Virus record (IMG/VR): IMGVR_UViG_2938983465_000007
Direction: 5' to 3' (one strand)
Length of the DNA stretch: 20,000 bases
From: an uncultured virus (IMG/VR IMGVR_UViG_2938983465_000007)
Lineage: Duplodnaviria; Heunggongvirae; Uroviricota; Caudoviricetes
Positions 6,179 through 14,745 of this stretch are shown piece after piece (the first letter of the stretch is position 1; each line of letters begins with the position of its first letter). Below the pieces are notes generated by a model. That model searched no databases, was not told the DNA's origin, and saw only the letters and a list, made by a program, of their open reading frames with translations. Both the position numbers and the translations under genes were made by a program.

Positions 6179-6859
6179 ATGACCGATCAACCGCAACTCA
6201 TGACCGAGGAGATCGAACTGATCCCCCATCCCATGGACGCCTGGCGTGCCGCGCTCAACGCGCTGATCGCCTGCGCCCCTGGCGACAGTGCAGCCATCGC
6301 CGTACACCTGGCCGAAGCCCGCCAGCAGGCCCTGGTGTTCGTCGATCGCACTGCTGCCACCGAGGGCACCCGCAAGTTGGTCGACCGTCTGATGCTGATC
6401 GGCGCTGGCCGTATCGTGGGTGATCGCCTGCAGTCACAAGCCGCTCCAGCAACCGTTGCCTCCCTAAACCGCCGCGTAACCGCCCGCATGACCGTAGTGG
6501 TCAACGGCACGGACTACGACGTATCCACCATGCCCGGCGTGATGGTGGGCGACATGATCCGCGTCGATCCCAACAACATGCCTCCAGCGCTCAATCCTGA
6601 TGCTGTTCTCGGAGGATTCTTTCAACCTGGCCGGGTGTTTTCCCTGCCTGAAGCAGGTACTCCCTCAGGACCTGATCAGCCAAGTGCTCAAGGAAATGAG
6701 CTACCTCCGGTTGCACCTGCAACAGATCGGCGTGGCGGCGCATCTCAGCCTGCAAACGCTGAGTGTCAATCACACCCTGCTGCTGCAGAAAGCCAGCCAG
6801 CACCACATACCCACGCTCAAGCGCCTCAAACCGCGCCGCAAAAGCCTGATCAGCCATAA
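6179..6859 (+). CDS. Early protein, 226 aa (344 aa if started at 5825), containing a transposase C-terminal-domain-like segment
   Basis: GAGGG RBS; RRVTARMTVVVNGTDYDVSTMPGVMVGDMIRV aligns with the window's own transposase. Confidence 0.7.
   Translation: MTDQPQLMTEEIELIPHPMDAWRAALNALIACAPGDSAAIAVHLAEARQQALVFVDRTAATEGTRKLVDRLMLIGAGRIVGDRLQSQAAPATVASLNRRVTARMTVVVNGTDYDVSTMPGVMVGDMIRVDPNNMPPALNPDAVLGGFFQPGRVFSLPEAGTPSGPDQPSAQGNELPPVAPATDRRGGASQPANAECQSHPAAAESQPAPHTHAQAPQTAPQKPDQP
6591..6857 (-). CDS. Hypothetical helical protein antisense to the early operon, 88 aa
   Basis: GAGG RBS before ATG 6857; MADQAFAARFEALERGYVVLAGFLQQQGVIDTQRL...; the overlapping plus frame is P/Q/A-rich. Confidence 0.7.
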   Translation of the reverse strand: MADQAFAARFEALERGYVVLAGFLQQQGVIDTQRLQAEMRRHADLLQVQPEVAHFLEHLADQVLREYLLQAGKTPGQVERILREQHQD

Positions 6860-6984
6860 CCCGTACCTCGTTCTCGTTGGTGAATGTACCCCAACAGAGT
6901 GGCCATTTGGTAACGACATTGCCAAGGGCAAAACAGAGTTTTTGATTGGAAGCCGCCTCAGACGGCCCAAAGGAGCCCCATCCA

Positions 6985-7473
6985 ATGAAGCGTCGAAATT
7001 GGAAACACTGGGTGCCGCGCTCGCCAGCCGACGCACTGGACGGCTGCGCGCAGCTGGCCATGCAGCGCTACAACCGAGGAATCGAACGTTTGGCCTGTGA
7101 TCACCTGGGCCAGAACAACCACAGTTCTCTCTATAAGTGGATCGGCAACGGCCGCCTGCCGCTGAGCCTGATCCTGCCGCTGGAGCACGCCTGCGGCCTG
7201 CCGCTGATCACCCGCTACCTGGCCGCCGCTCACGGCAAGCTCCTGGTCGACATCCCGGTTGGCAAGGCCTGCAACGCCAGCGACCTGCAGCAGCTGCAGG
7301 GCGTGCTGCACAACGCCACCGGCGCGCTGATGGCCTTCTACGACGGCAAGCAAACCGCCGAACAGACCCTGGACGCCATTCGCGCCGGCCTCGAATCCCT
7401 CGCTTGGCACCACGGCAACGTCGCCCAGGCAGAAACCCCTCAACTGGACTTTGGAGTGGCTGACGATGAGTAA
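6985..7473 (+). CDS. Early regulatory protein, CII-like HTH candidate, 162 aa
   Basis: AAGGAG RBS; IERLA...LGQNNHSSLYKWIGNGRLP HTH-like pattern followed by LEHACG...ITRYLA. Confidence 0.65.
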   Translation: MKRRNWKHWVPRSPADALDGCAQLAMQRYNRGIERLACDHLGQNNHSSLYKWIGNGRLPLSLILPLEHACGLPLITRYLAAAHGKLLVDIPVGKACNASDLQQLQGVLHNATGALMAFYDGKQTAEQTLDAIRAGLESLAWHHGNVAQAETPQLDFGVADDE

Positions 7474-7726
7474 GGCCATCGACCTGCAGGCCCTGCTGCG
7501 GCGCCTGGACGAGCAAGCCTATGAGCAGCTCTGCGCCGAAGCTGCGCGTCTTGCCGAAGAGAACGAGTACCTGCGCACCGAGCTGACCCGCATGGAGGAA
7601 TGTGCCGAAGGATGGTGCAACGAGGCCCAGCATCTCCACCAGCAACTGGCGGAAGCCACCGCTGGCCAGGCCGCTATCACCCAGTCCGGCGCCCTGATCG
7701 TCATTCCGATGGAGCGCTGCGCATGA
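7466..7726 (+). CDS. Hypothetical coiled-coil protein, 86 aa
   Basis: GGAG RBS; overlaps both neighbours. Confidence 0.7.
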   Translation: MSKAIDLQALLRRLDEQAYEQLCAEAARLAEENEYLRTELTRMEECAEGWCNEAQHLHQQLAEATAGQAAITQSGALIVIPMERCA

Positions 7727-8022
7727 GCACCAAACGCACCCACGACAGCGTCAGCCGCGCCCTGCGAGTACTCAAGGCCCTGCGCGGCCACACCCTCAAT
7801 GGGCTGAGTAACGCCGAGCTGGCCAAGGCGCTGGGCGAGAGCCCGGCGAACATCACCCGCTACATGGACAGCCTGATCGAGGCCGGCTTCGCCACTCGCC
7901 TCGACAGCGGACGCTTCGCCCCGAGCATCGGCTTCCTGCAATACGCGATGGCCACCGCCGAGGAGCTGCAGCGCGGCGCCGCACGCATCAACGAGATCCA
8001 GGCGCGCATCAGCGCCCACTAA
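7723..8022 (+). CDS. IclR-type winged-HTH protein, 99 aa
   Basis: SVSRALRVLKAL...GLSNAELAKALGESPANITRYMDSLIEAGFA...SGRF. Confidence 0.85.
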   Translation: MSTKRTHDSVSRALRVLKALRGHTLNGLSNAELAKALGESPANITRYMDSLIEAGFATRLDSGRFAPSIGFLQYAMATAEELQRGAARINEIQARISAH

Positions 8023-8079
8023 ACAAGGAGCAACACCCATGAACTATCGGAAATCGGCTGGTGATCGGAGGGTTGCCTG

Positions 8080-9036
8080 ATGGCTCGCAAATCACAAGCC
8101 GCTGTTGAACTGCTCGAAGATGACATCGAGCAAGGTCAGGCCCTGCTAGCCAAGCAGCACCAAATGGCCGCGCTCAACACCGAACACGACAATCAGGTCC
8201 GCGCTGTGGCTGCACAACTGGGCTATCAACTACCGGCCGATTGCACGGACCCAGACCTGATCCAGCGCGACATCGCCGCCAACATGCGCCGCAGCGTAGA
8301 GGCGTGCCTTGAAGTGGGGCGTGGGCTGCAAGTGCTCAAGTCGGCATGCATCCATGGCAGCTTTATCGAGCGACTGAATGCGTTGGGACTTGAGCGCACA
8401 GTTGCCTTCCGCTTCATGGACGCTGCGACCAAATTCTCTGCGCTCGGTAGCAACGCCACTTTGACGAAGGCCATTGACAGCCAGTCGAAGCTCTTCGAAA
8501 TGCTCGTCCTGGAGGATGAAGAGATCCAGGAGCTGGAACTCACTGGCCAGACCGGCGAGCTGAGCATTGACGATGTGGCCACCATGTCGGTCAAGGAGTT
8601 GCGCAAGGCCCTGCGCGAGGCCCGTGAAGACAAGAAGGCCCTCGCCCAGGTCAACGCCGACAAGAACACCAAGATCGACGAACTGGCTGCTCAACTGGCG
8701 CGAAAGCCGCTGGTGGTCGTGCAGCCGATGGATGAGCAGTTGGCCGAACGACGCGAAGAACTCGCCACCAAGGCCACCGCGGCCGAAGCCGCCATTGCCG
8801 GCGCACTGCATCCAGCCGTGCAACTGCTGGTCGAGAAAGGCGAAGAGTCCGGGCAAGACCAGCGTCCGATCATCGCCGGCATGCTCGCCCAGGTAGAGCG
8901 GGCACTGCTGCAAATCCGCGCTGAATACAACATCCCCGCCACGCCGTCCGCCAGTGCCACGCCGACCTGGATGGCTGATGACAGCGAGGAGGCGGTGAAG
9001 GCCGCGTTGGCCGAAGCCGCCAAGCAGGGTGAGTAA
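8080..9036 (+). CDS. DUF3102-like protein upstream of the transposase, 318 aa
   Basis: RRSVEACLEVGRGLQVLKSACIHGSFIERL...TVAFRFMDAA and DDVATMSVKELRKALRE motifs; position typical of B3-like phages. Confidence 0.75.
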   Translation: MARKSQAAVELLEDDIEQGQALLAKQHQMAALNTEHDNQVRAVAAQLGYQLPADCTDPDLIQRDIAANMRRSVEACLEVGRGLQVLKSACIHGSFIERLNALGLERTVAFRFMDAATKFSALGSNATLTKAIDSQSKLFEMLVLEDEEIQELELTGQTGELSIDDVATMSVKELRKALREAREDKKALAQVNADKNTKIDELAAQLARKPLVVVQPMDEQLAERREELATKATAAEAAIAGALHPAVQLLVEKGEESGQDQRPIIAGMLAQVERALLQIRAEYNIPATPSASATPTWMADDSEEAVKAALAEAAKQGE

Positions 9037-9040
9037 GCCT

Positions 9041-10819
9041 ATGAGCGCCGTGATGACTCAACGCCTCGTTGCCCTGGCACACGAGCTGGATCGCTCCACC
9101 GCGAGCAGAACAGAGCTGTGCCAAGCGGCTGCGGACGATCTGCGCATCTCCCTGGCGACTCTGTACCGGAAATTGAAGGAGGTCACTGTGACCCAGCCCC
9201 GAAAGAAGCGGGTCGATGCCGGCACCTCAGCGTTGACTCGCGATGAGGCGGAGCTACTCAGTACCACGCTGATCCGCTCCATCCGCGATAACGACAAGCA
9301 ACTCAGCACCCTGGAGCGCGCCGTCGAGCGTCTTCGCAACAACGGCAAGATCGTCGCAGGCTCTGTGGATCACCGTACTGGTGAAGTCACGCTCATGTCG
9401 CTCAGCGCTATAGGCCGGGCCTTGCGTGCCTATGGCTTGCACCCTGAGCAACTACTGCGCCCGGCCCCAGCGGTCGAGTTGGTCAGTCTGCATCCCAACC
9501 ACGTCTGGCAGATCGACGCCTCGATCTCCACTCAGTTCTACCTGGCCAATGACGGCGCGCGCGCCATGAATAAGGCCGAGTTCTACGACGGCAAGCCAGA
9601 GAATCTCAAGCGCATCGAGAAACAGCGCCTATGGCGTTACGTCATCACGGACCACACCAGCGGTACCCTGTACGTGCATTACGTGCTCGGCGCTGAAAGC
9701 GCGGAGAACCTCTGCCATGTACTGATCAGCGCGATGGTCAAGCGTGGTGATACCGACCCGTTCCATGGCGTGCCCTTCATGATCATGACCGACCCCGGTG
9801 CGGCCATGACCTCCTCGATGTTCCGCAACCTGTGTCGCGCCCTGGGCATCGAACTGATCATCAACAAAGTCGGTAACGCACGCGCCAAGGGCCAGGTCGA
9901 GCAGGCCCACAACATCGTCGAGCGTGAGTTTGAAAGTGGCCTGCAACTGATGCAGAAACCGCGCACTCTGGACGAGATCAACGGGCTGGCCGGACGCTGG
10001 ATGCGGCACTACAACGCCACCGCCATCCACACCCGACATCACCGCACTCGCTACGCGGCCTGGATGACGATCAAGCCTGAGCAACTGCGCATTGCACCGC
10101 CTGCAGAGACGATGCGCGAACTGGCCATTGCCGCACCGGAGAAACGCAAGGTTTCTGCCCGGCTGCGGGTGCCGTTCCGCGGCGCCGAATACGACGTATC
10201 CGTTATCCAGCACTTGCAGGTCGGTGACCAGGTGCTGGTTACCCGCAACCCGTTCCGCGATGCGGATAGCGCTCAGGTTGTGCTTGTTGGAGACGACGGC
10301 CGCGAGCACTACCAGGTGGTCGAGCGTGTTGAGCGTGACGACAACGGGTTCGCGGCTAACGCTGCCACTCGCCGGGTGATTGGCGAAGAGTACCGAGCCT
10401 TGCCAGAGACCGCCGCGCAGAAGGACCGCAAGCACCTGGACCAGCTCGCCACCGGCACCAGCTCGGTCACGGAGGCAGAAAAGGCGATCAGGTCGCGAGC
10501 AGTGCCGTTCAACGGCGAGATCGATCCGTTCAAGGAACAGGCCAACACCGTGTTGCCAACCTACCTGCCCAAGCGCGGTACCGAACTGGAGACTCGCGTC
10601 ACCGTGGCTGGCTTGGCCTCGGTCGAGCTGAAACCACTGAACCGCATCGAGCTAGCCAAGGCGCTGCGCGCACGTATGGGTACAGCCTGGACACCAGCAT
10701 CCATGGAGTGGCTCAAGACCAACTACCCGGACGGCGCTATGGAGGAGCAACTCGACAGCATCGTTCAGCAGTTGCAGGCACCTGCACGCCCAAGCCTGCG
10801 CCTGGTAGGGGGTGAGTAA
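9041..10819 (+). CDS. DDE transposase A (Mu-like/integrase core)
   Basis: N-terminal HTH (ISLATLYRKL); catalytic triad contexts WQIDAS, MTDPG and AKGQVEQAH; alternative GTG start at 9029. Confidence 0.95.
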   Translation: MSAVMTQRLVALAHELDRSTASRTELCQAAADDLRISLATLYRKLKEVTVTQPRKKRVDAGTSALTRDEAELLSTTLIRSIRDNDKQLSTLERAVERLRNNGKIVAGSVDHRTGEVTLMSLSAIGRALRAYGLHPEQLLRPAPAVELVSLHPNHVWQIDASISTQFYLANDGARAMNKAEFYDGKPENLKRIEKQRLWRYVITDHTSGTLYVHYVLGAESAENLCHVLISAMVKRGDTDPFHGVPFMIMTDPGAAMTSSMFRNLCRALGIELIINKVGNARAKGQVEQAHNIVEREFESGLQLMQKPRTLDEINGLAGRWMRHYNATAIHTRHHRTRYAAWMTIKPEQLRIAPPAETMRELAIAAPEKRKVSARLRVPFRGAEYDVSVIQHLQVGDQVLVTRNPFRDADSAQVVLVGDDGREHYQVVERVERDDNGFAANAATRRVIGEEYRALPETAAQKDRKHLDQLATGTSSVTEAEKAIRSRAVPFNGEIDPFKEQANTVLPTYLPKRGTELETRVTVAGLASVELKPLNRIELAKALRARMGTAWTPASMEWLKTNYPDGAMEEQLDSIVQQLQAPARPSLRLVGGE

Positions 10820-11988
10820 TGCTGCGTCTGAAGGAAGTACTCGCAACCCTCAGCCTTGGCCAGGCTGATCTGGCCAGGGCGATGAAGCTCAGCCCGGCAG
10901 CCATCGCTCAGTTGGTCAATCACGACCAGTGGCCCAAGTCCATCGACAAGCAGGAGCTGTGGGGCCGTATGGCCGACTGGCTCTATGACGTTGGTGCGCA
11001 AGACGGCGACATCGCCGCCTTGGAAGAAGAAGTGGAGTCGCCGCGCGCCAACGCGGCGACTCCTGCAACCCCGGAAACCAATCACGAAAACCAGGAGTGC
11101 CCCGACATGCTAATGGCAAAACAATCCCTGCGGCCAGACACCAAGCGCGCCTTCGGCGTGATGGTCGACCCGTTTGGCGATCTACGCTGCGCCGAAGACA
11201 TGTATTTCAGCGGCGATATTCGCTACATCCGCGAATCGATGTACCAAACCGCACGCCATGACGGCTTCCTCGCCATCGTGGGCGAGTCCGGTGCCGGCAA
11301 GAGCACTCTGCGTCGCGATCTGACCCACCGTCTTCGCAACGAGCCGGTCATAACCATCGACCCCTTCGTGGTTGGCATGGAGGCCAACGACATCAAGGGC
11401 AAGACCCTGAAAGCGACTCACATCGCAGAAGCCATCATGTATGCCGTGGCACCGCTGGAAACACCTAAGTCCAGCCCCGAAGCTCGCTTCCGCCAGGTCC
11501 ACACCTGCCTCAAGAACTCATACGCCGCCGGCAACCGTCATGTCGTGATCATAGAAGAGGCGCACTCGATCCCGACCCAGACCCTCAACCACCTCAAGCG
11601 CATGCGCGATCAGTTCGAGGACGGATTTGACAAGCTGCTCAGCATCATCCTGATCGGTCAGCCCGAACTGCTCATCAAGCTGTCGCCACGCAACGCCGAC
11701 GTGCGCGAAGTAGCCCAGCGGGTCGAGATCGCCATCTTGCCGGCCATCCCCTCGGGTGATGTAGAGCAGCACCTGGCATTTCGTGTCGGACGCGCCGGCA
11801 AGAAGCTGGACGAACTGATCGACCAGGGTGGCATCCACGCCATCGTTGAACGCCTCGCCAGCTCCGGCAAGGACGGAACCAGCCAGCTCTATCCGTTGGC
11901 GATCGGAAACCTCTTCAACGCAGCGCTGAACCTGGCTGCCGAGATCGGTGAAAGCCGCATTACCGCTGATGTGGTCAAGGGGGTGTGA
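10819..11988 (+). CDS. Transposition protein B, AAA+ ATPase (ExeA-like) with N-terminal HTH, 389 aa
   Basis: Walker A GESGAGKS, Walker B VIIEEAH, ILIGQPEL; coupled to the transposase stop (TAATG). Confidence 0.92.
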   Translation: MLRLKEVLATLSLGQADLARAMKLSPAAIAQLVNHDQWPKSIDKQELWGRMADWLYDVGAQDGDIAALEEEVESPRANAATPATPETNHENQECPDMLMAKQSLRPDTKRAFGVMVDPFGDLRCAEDMYFSGDIRYIRESMYQTARHDGFLAIVGESGAGKSTLRRDLTHRLRNEPVITIDPFVVGMEANDIKGKTLKATHIAEAIMYAVAPLETPKSSPEARFRQVHTCLKNSYAAGNRHVVIIEEAHSIPTQTLNHLKRMRDQFEDGFDKLLSIILIGQPELLIKLSPRNADVREVAQRVEIAILPAIPSGDVEQHLAFRVGRAGKKLDELIDQGGIHAIVERLASSGKDGTSQLYPLAIGNLFNAALNLAAEIGESRITADVVKGV

Positions 11989-11989
11989 G

Positions 11990-12331
11990 ATGAACGTCGT
12001 ACCGATCACTGGCCGCCGCCCTGAAGAGCATCCGAAAGCTACCCATCTGCCGCTCTGCACCGTGCTGACGCCAGAGCTGGCCCGCTGCCTGGAGGCCGTC
12101 AACAGCGCCACCCGCGCCTTGCGTCAGGCGCGCATTCCGATTGAGCAGACGTCGGTGCTCGATCGCCGCCTGTTCATCCGCGAAGAGGATTCGCTGCGGC
12201 TGCACCGCCACTTCCGCAAAGCCATCCGCGGCATTCGCCAGACCACTTACGGGATGGTCACCGTCCATGTCGTCAGCCTGCTCGACGTCGACGTGGCCTG
12301 GACGACCCCGGTGAAGGAGCAGGATCAATGA
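11990..12331 (+). CDS. Hypothetical early protein, 113 aa
   Basis: ATG right after the B-protein stop; ATGA overlap with the next gene. Confidence 0.7.
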   Translation: MNVVPITGRRPEEHPKATHLPLCTVLTPELARCLEAVNSATRALRQARIPIEQTSVLDRRLFIREEDSLRLHRHFRKAIRGIRQTTYGMVTVHVVSLLDVDVAWTTPVKEQDQ

Positions 12332-12633
12332 CCGTCATCACCCATGCTTACACCCCGCTGATGGACGTTGATGCCATGAGCGAGGAGGACTGCCGCCTGG
12401 CCCTGAAGGATGTTCTGCGCGATGGGTTCGCTAAGGACCAGCAAATGGTCGAGCTGAAGACCATCAACCACACGCTGAATCAGCAGCTCAATCACGCGAA
12501 CAACATCTTGATCAAGCTGGCGGAGTTGAAGCTGGCCTATCAACACGAGGCGTATGAAGCCGAGCTGGAGCAGTTGGCCGCTTACTACCTGCACCTCAAG
12601 GCCGAGCAGCAGACTGCTGGGAGGGTGCACTGA
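12328..12633 (+). CDS. Hypothetical coiled-coil protein, 101 aa
   Basis: AGGAG RBS; coupled start/stop overlaps. Confidence 0.7.
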   Translation: MTVITHAYTPLMDVDAMSEEDCRLALKDVLRDGFAKDQQMVELKTINHTLNQQLNHANNILIKLAELKLAYQHEAYEAELEQLAAYYLHLKAEQQTAGRVH

Positions 12634-13244
12634 TGAACAACGACACACAGCGGAACCAGTGCGATGGCTGCCAGGCCGGCGTGCCGCTGGAGAACGGCAA
12701 ACACCGAATGGGACGTCCTGGTGGCTACCCCGACCTCATGAGCTGCACAGCCCATCTCTATGGGGCGCCGCAAGTACAGCCTGTGGCATGGGCCATTTTC
12801 GACGGCGCCTGGATCTCGGACCACACGGCTGATCCAAACCGAGCGGAGCAATGGGCTGAGGATGGCAAGAACGTGATCGCTCTTTTCGCGATGCCGGTCC
12901 AGCAGCCGGTATCTGCTTTCGCTCGGGATGTGCTGGCAGAACGGCAGCGACAGATCCGACAGGAAGGCTTCAGCCCCGACCATGACGCTGAGCACCGAGG
13001 CGGTGAACTAGCGCTGGCTGCTACCTGCTACGCCGACGAAGCCGTTACGCAGATCTGCCAGCCAGAACGAGAACCGTGCCTGACGCAACTGGTGCCGGGC
13101 TGGTGGCCGTTCGAGCCATCCTGGTGGAAACCCAGCCTGGACGTTCGAAAGAACCTAGTGAAGGCCACGGCGCTGCTCCTCGCACAGGGTGACGCGCTCG
13201 ACCTGCAGATTGATACCGAGCTGGAGGGACGTCCCCATGGCTGA
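12633..13244 (+). CDS. Mosaic phage hypothetical protein, 203 aa
   Basis: N-terminal CDGC...H...C module plus the widespread phage domain RDVLAERQRQ...EGF..DHD...GELALAATCYA...WPF...WWKP...RKNLVKATALLLA. Confidence 0.75.
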   Translation: MNNDTQRNQCDGCQAGVPLENGKHRMGRPGGYPDLMSCTAHLYGAPQVQPVAWAIFDGAWISDHTADPNRAEQWAEDGKNVIALFAMPVQQPVSAFARDVLAERQRQIRQEGFSPDHDAEHRGGELALAATCYADEAVTQICQPEREPCLTQLVPGWWPFEPSWWKPSLDVRKNLVKATALLLAQGDALDLQIDTELEGRPHG

Positions 13245-13437
13245 TGTTCTGGAAATCGACTGCCCCGCGTGCAGCACTCCGTACCCCGAAATCACCGCAG
13301 GCTCTGCAGCTCATGACCCGAGCCTGATCGAGCTGGTGATCACCTGCAGCAACTGCGGACACATCCTGAATGCGTTCGTCTCTCTGGCTGAGATGAGCGT
13401 TGTACCGAATCCCGAAGAGGAAACACCCCATGGCTGA
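13237..13437 (+). CDS. Small Zn-ribbon protein, 66 aa
   Basis: CPAC...CSNC; GGAGG RBS. Confidence 0.7.
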   Translation: MADVLEIDCPACSTPYPEITAGSAAHDPSLIELVITCSNCGHILNAFVSLAEMSVVPNPEEETPHG

Positions 13438-14053
13438 ACAAGTAGTGCACGTTCCCGCCGGGTACCGCATGGACGCCAAGGGGCGCCTGGTACCTGAAGA
13501 AATGATCAAGCCCATCGACCTGGAGCGCGACCGCCTTGTGCAGGAGATCGTTGCCAAGGGGAAGGCTCTGAACAAGGCGTTGCTGGATTTCAAACTGGCG
13601 ACATTCGGCGATATCGAAGCCTTCATCACACTGTCGGCCGAGCAGTACCAGGCGAAGGTAGGTGGCAAGAAGGGCAACGCCTCCCTGGTCAGCTTCGACG
13701 GTCGCTACAAGGTCATTCGGGCCATGGCCGACAACATCGCCTTCGACGAGCGCCTGCAGGCGGCCAAGGCGTTGATCGACGAGTGCCTCCACGAATGGAC
13801 AGAAGGTGCTCGCGCGGAGGTCATCACGCTGATCAACGATGCGTTCCGCGTTGACCAGGCGGGAAACATCCGTACCGGCAGCGTGCTCGCTCTGCGCCGC
13901 CTACAGATCGACGACGAGCGCTGGCAACGTGCAATGCAGGCCATCGGCGAGGCTGTCCAGGTCGTGAGCACCAAGGCGTACGTGCGTATCCAGGAGCGGG
14001 TCGGGGACACCGACCAGTACCGCTCCATTCCTCTTGATATCGCGGGGGTGTGA
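13430..14053 (+). CDS. DUF3164 family protein, 207 aa
   Basis: GYRMDAKGRLVPEEMIKPIDLERD...GGKKGNASLVSFDGRYKV...FDERLQAAKALIDECL. Confidence 0.85.
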   Translation: MAEQVVHVPAGYRMDAKGRLVPEEMIKPIDLERDRLVQEIVAKGKALNKALLDFKLATFGDIEAFITLSAEQYQAKVGGKKGNASLVSFDGRYKVIRAMADNIAFDERLQAAKALIDECLHEWTEGARAEVITLINDAFRVDQAGNIRTGSVLALRRLQIDDERWQRAMQAIGEAVQVVSTKAYVRIQERVGDTDQYRSIPLDIAGV

Positions 14054-14054
14054 C

Positions 14055-14744
14055 ATGGACCAGGACCGTATCCTCGACAAGATCAAGAAGTGCCTGGAAA
14101 TGGCCAAGGGGCGGGGTTCCAACCCGAACGAGGCCGAGATCGCGCTGCGTCATGCCCACAAACTGATGGAAGCCTACAACCTGGAGATGGGCGACGTGCT
14201 GGCCAGCATGGCTGGCGAGGCCAGGGTTCCCGCCGGCTCGGATGGAAAACCGCCGGCCTGGCGGGTGCGCCTCGCTCAAGTGTGCTGCCATGCCTTCGGC
14301 ACGCACCTGATCATCTGCACCTCCTATTTCGAAAGCGCTTCGTTCCTGTTCGTCGGCTGCGCGGCGGCGCCGGAGCTGACCGGCTACGCCTACCAGGTGC
14401 TGGAGCGACAGCTGCAGAAGGCGCGCAAGGACTTCCTGAGCACACAGAAACGCTGCAAGCGGTCCACCAAGGTGGCCCGTGGAGATGCCTTCGCACATGG
14501 ATGGATTGAGGCCGTGTACGCCAAGGTCGACCAGTTCGCGGGCGTCGACGACAACATCGCCGACGCGATCCAGGCGTACATGGCGAAGCACCACGCTGAC
14601 GTCGGCAAGTTCGAGATGAAGCGCCGCAAGCTCAAGGCACGTGACGAAGTGGCCAGTGAAGCGGGGTATGCCGCGGGCAAGCGCGCGCGGCTGCACCAGG
14701 GGATCGGGCACCAGGCCGTGGCTCGGCTTACTCAGGGGGTGTGA
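14055..14744 (+). CDS. DUF2786-domain protein, 229 aa
   Basis: RILDKIKKCLEMA...NPNEAEIALRHAHKLMEAYNL; later FAHGW and GYAAG motifs. Confidence 0.85.
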   Translation: MDQDRILDKIKKCLEMAKGRGSNPNEAEIALRHAHKLMEAYNLEMGDVLASMAGEARVPAGSDGKPPAWRVRLAQVCCHAFGTHLIICTSYFESASFLFVGCAAAPELTGYAYQVLERQLQKARKDFLSTQKRCKRSTKVARGDAFAHGWIEAVYAKVDQFAGVDDNIADAIQAYMAKHHADVGKFEMKRRKLKARDEVASEAGYAAGKRARLHQGIGHQAVARLTQGV

Positions 14745-14745
14745 T

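Noticed and set aside
6860..6950. Minus-strand promoter for the antisense genes (TACATT) and an AACAGAGT direct repeat at 6893 and 6932
   Set aside because: No properly spaced -35, and an 8-bp repeat is too short to call.
3800..7000. Anti-CRISPR (acr-aca) locus
   Set aside because: No recognisable Acr or Aca sequence. In related Pseudomonas Mu-like phages these loci lie in the head region, outside this window.
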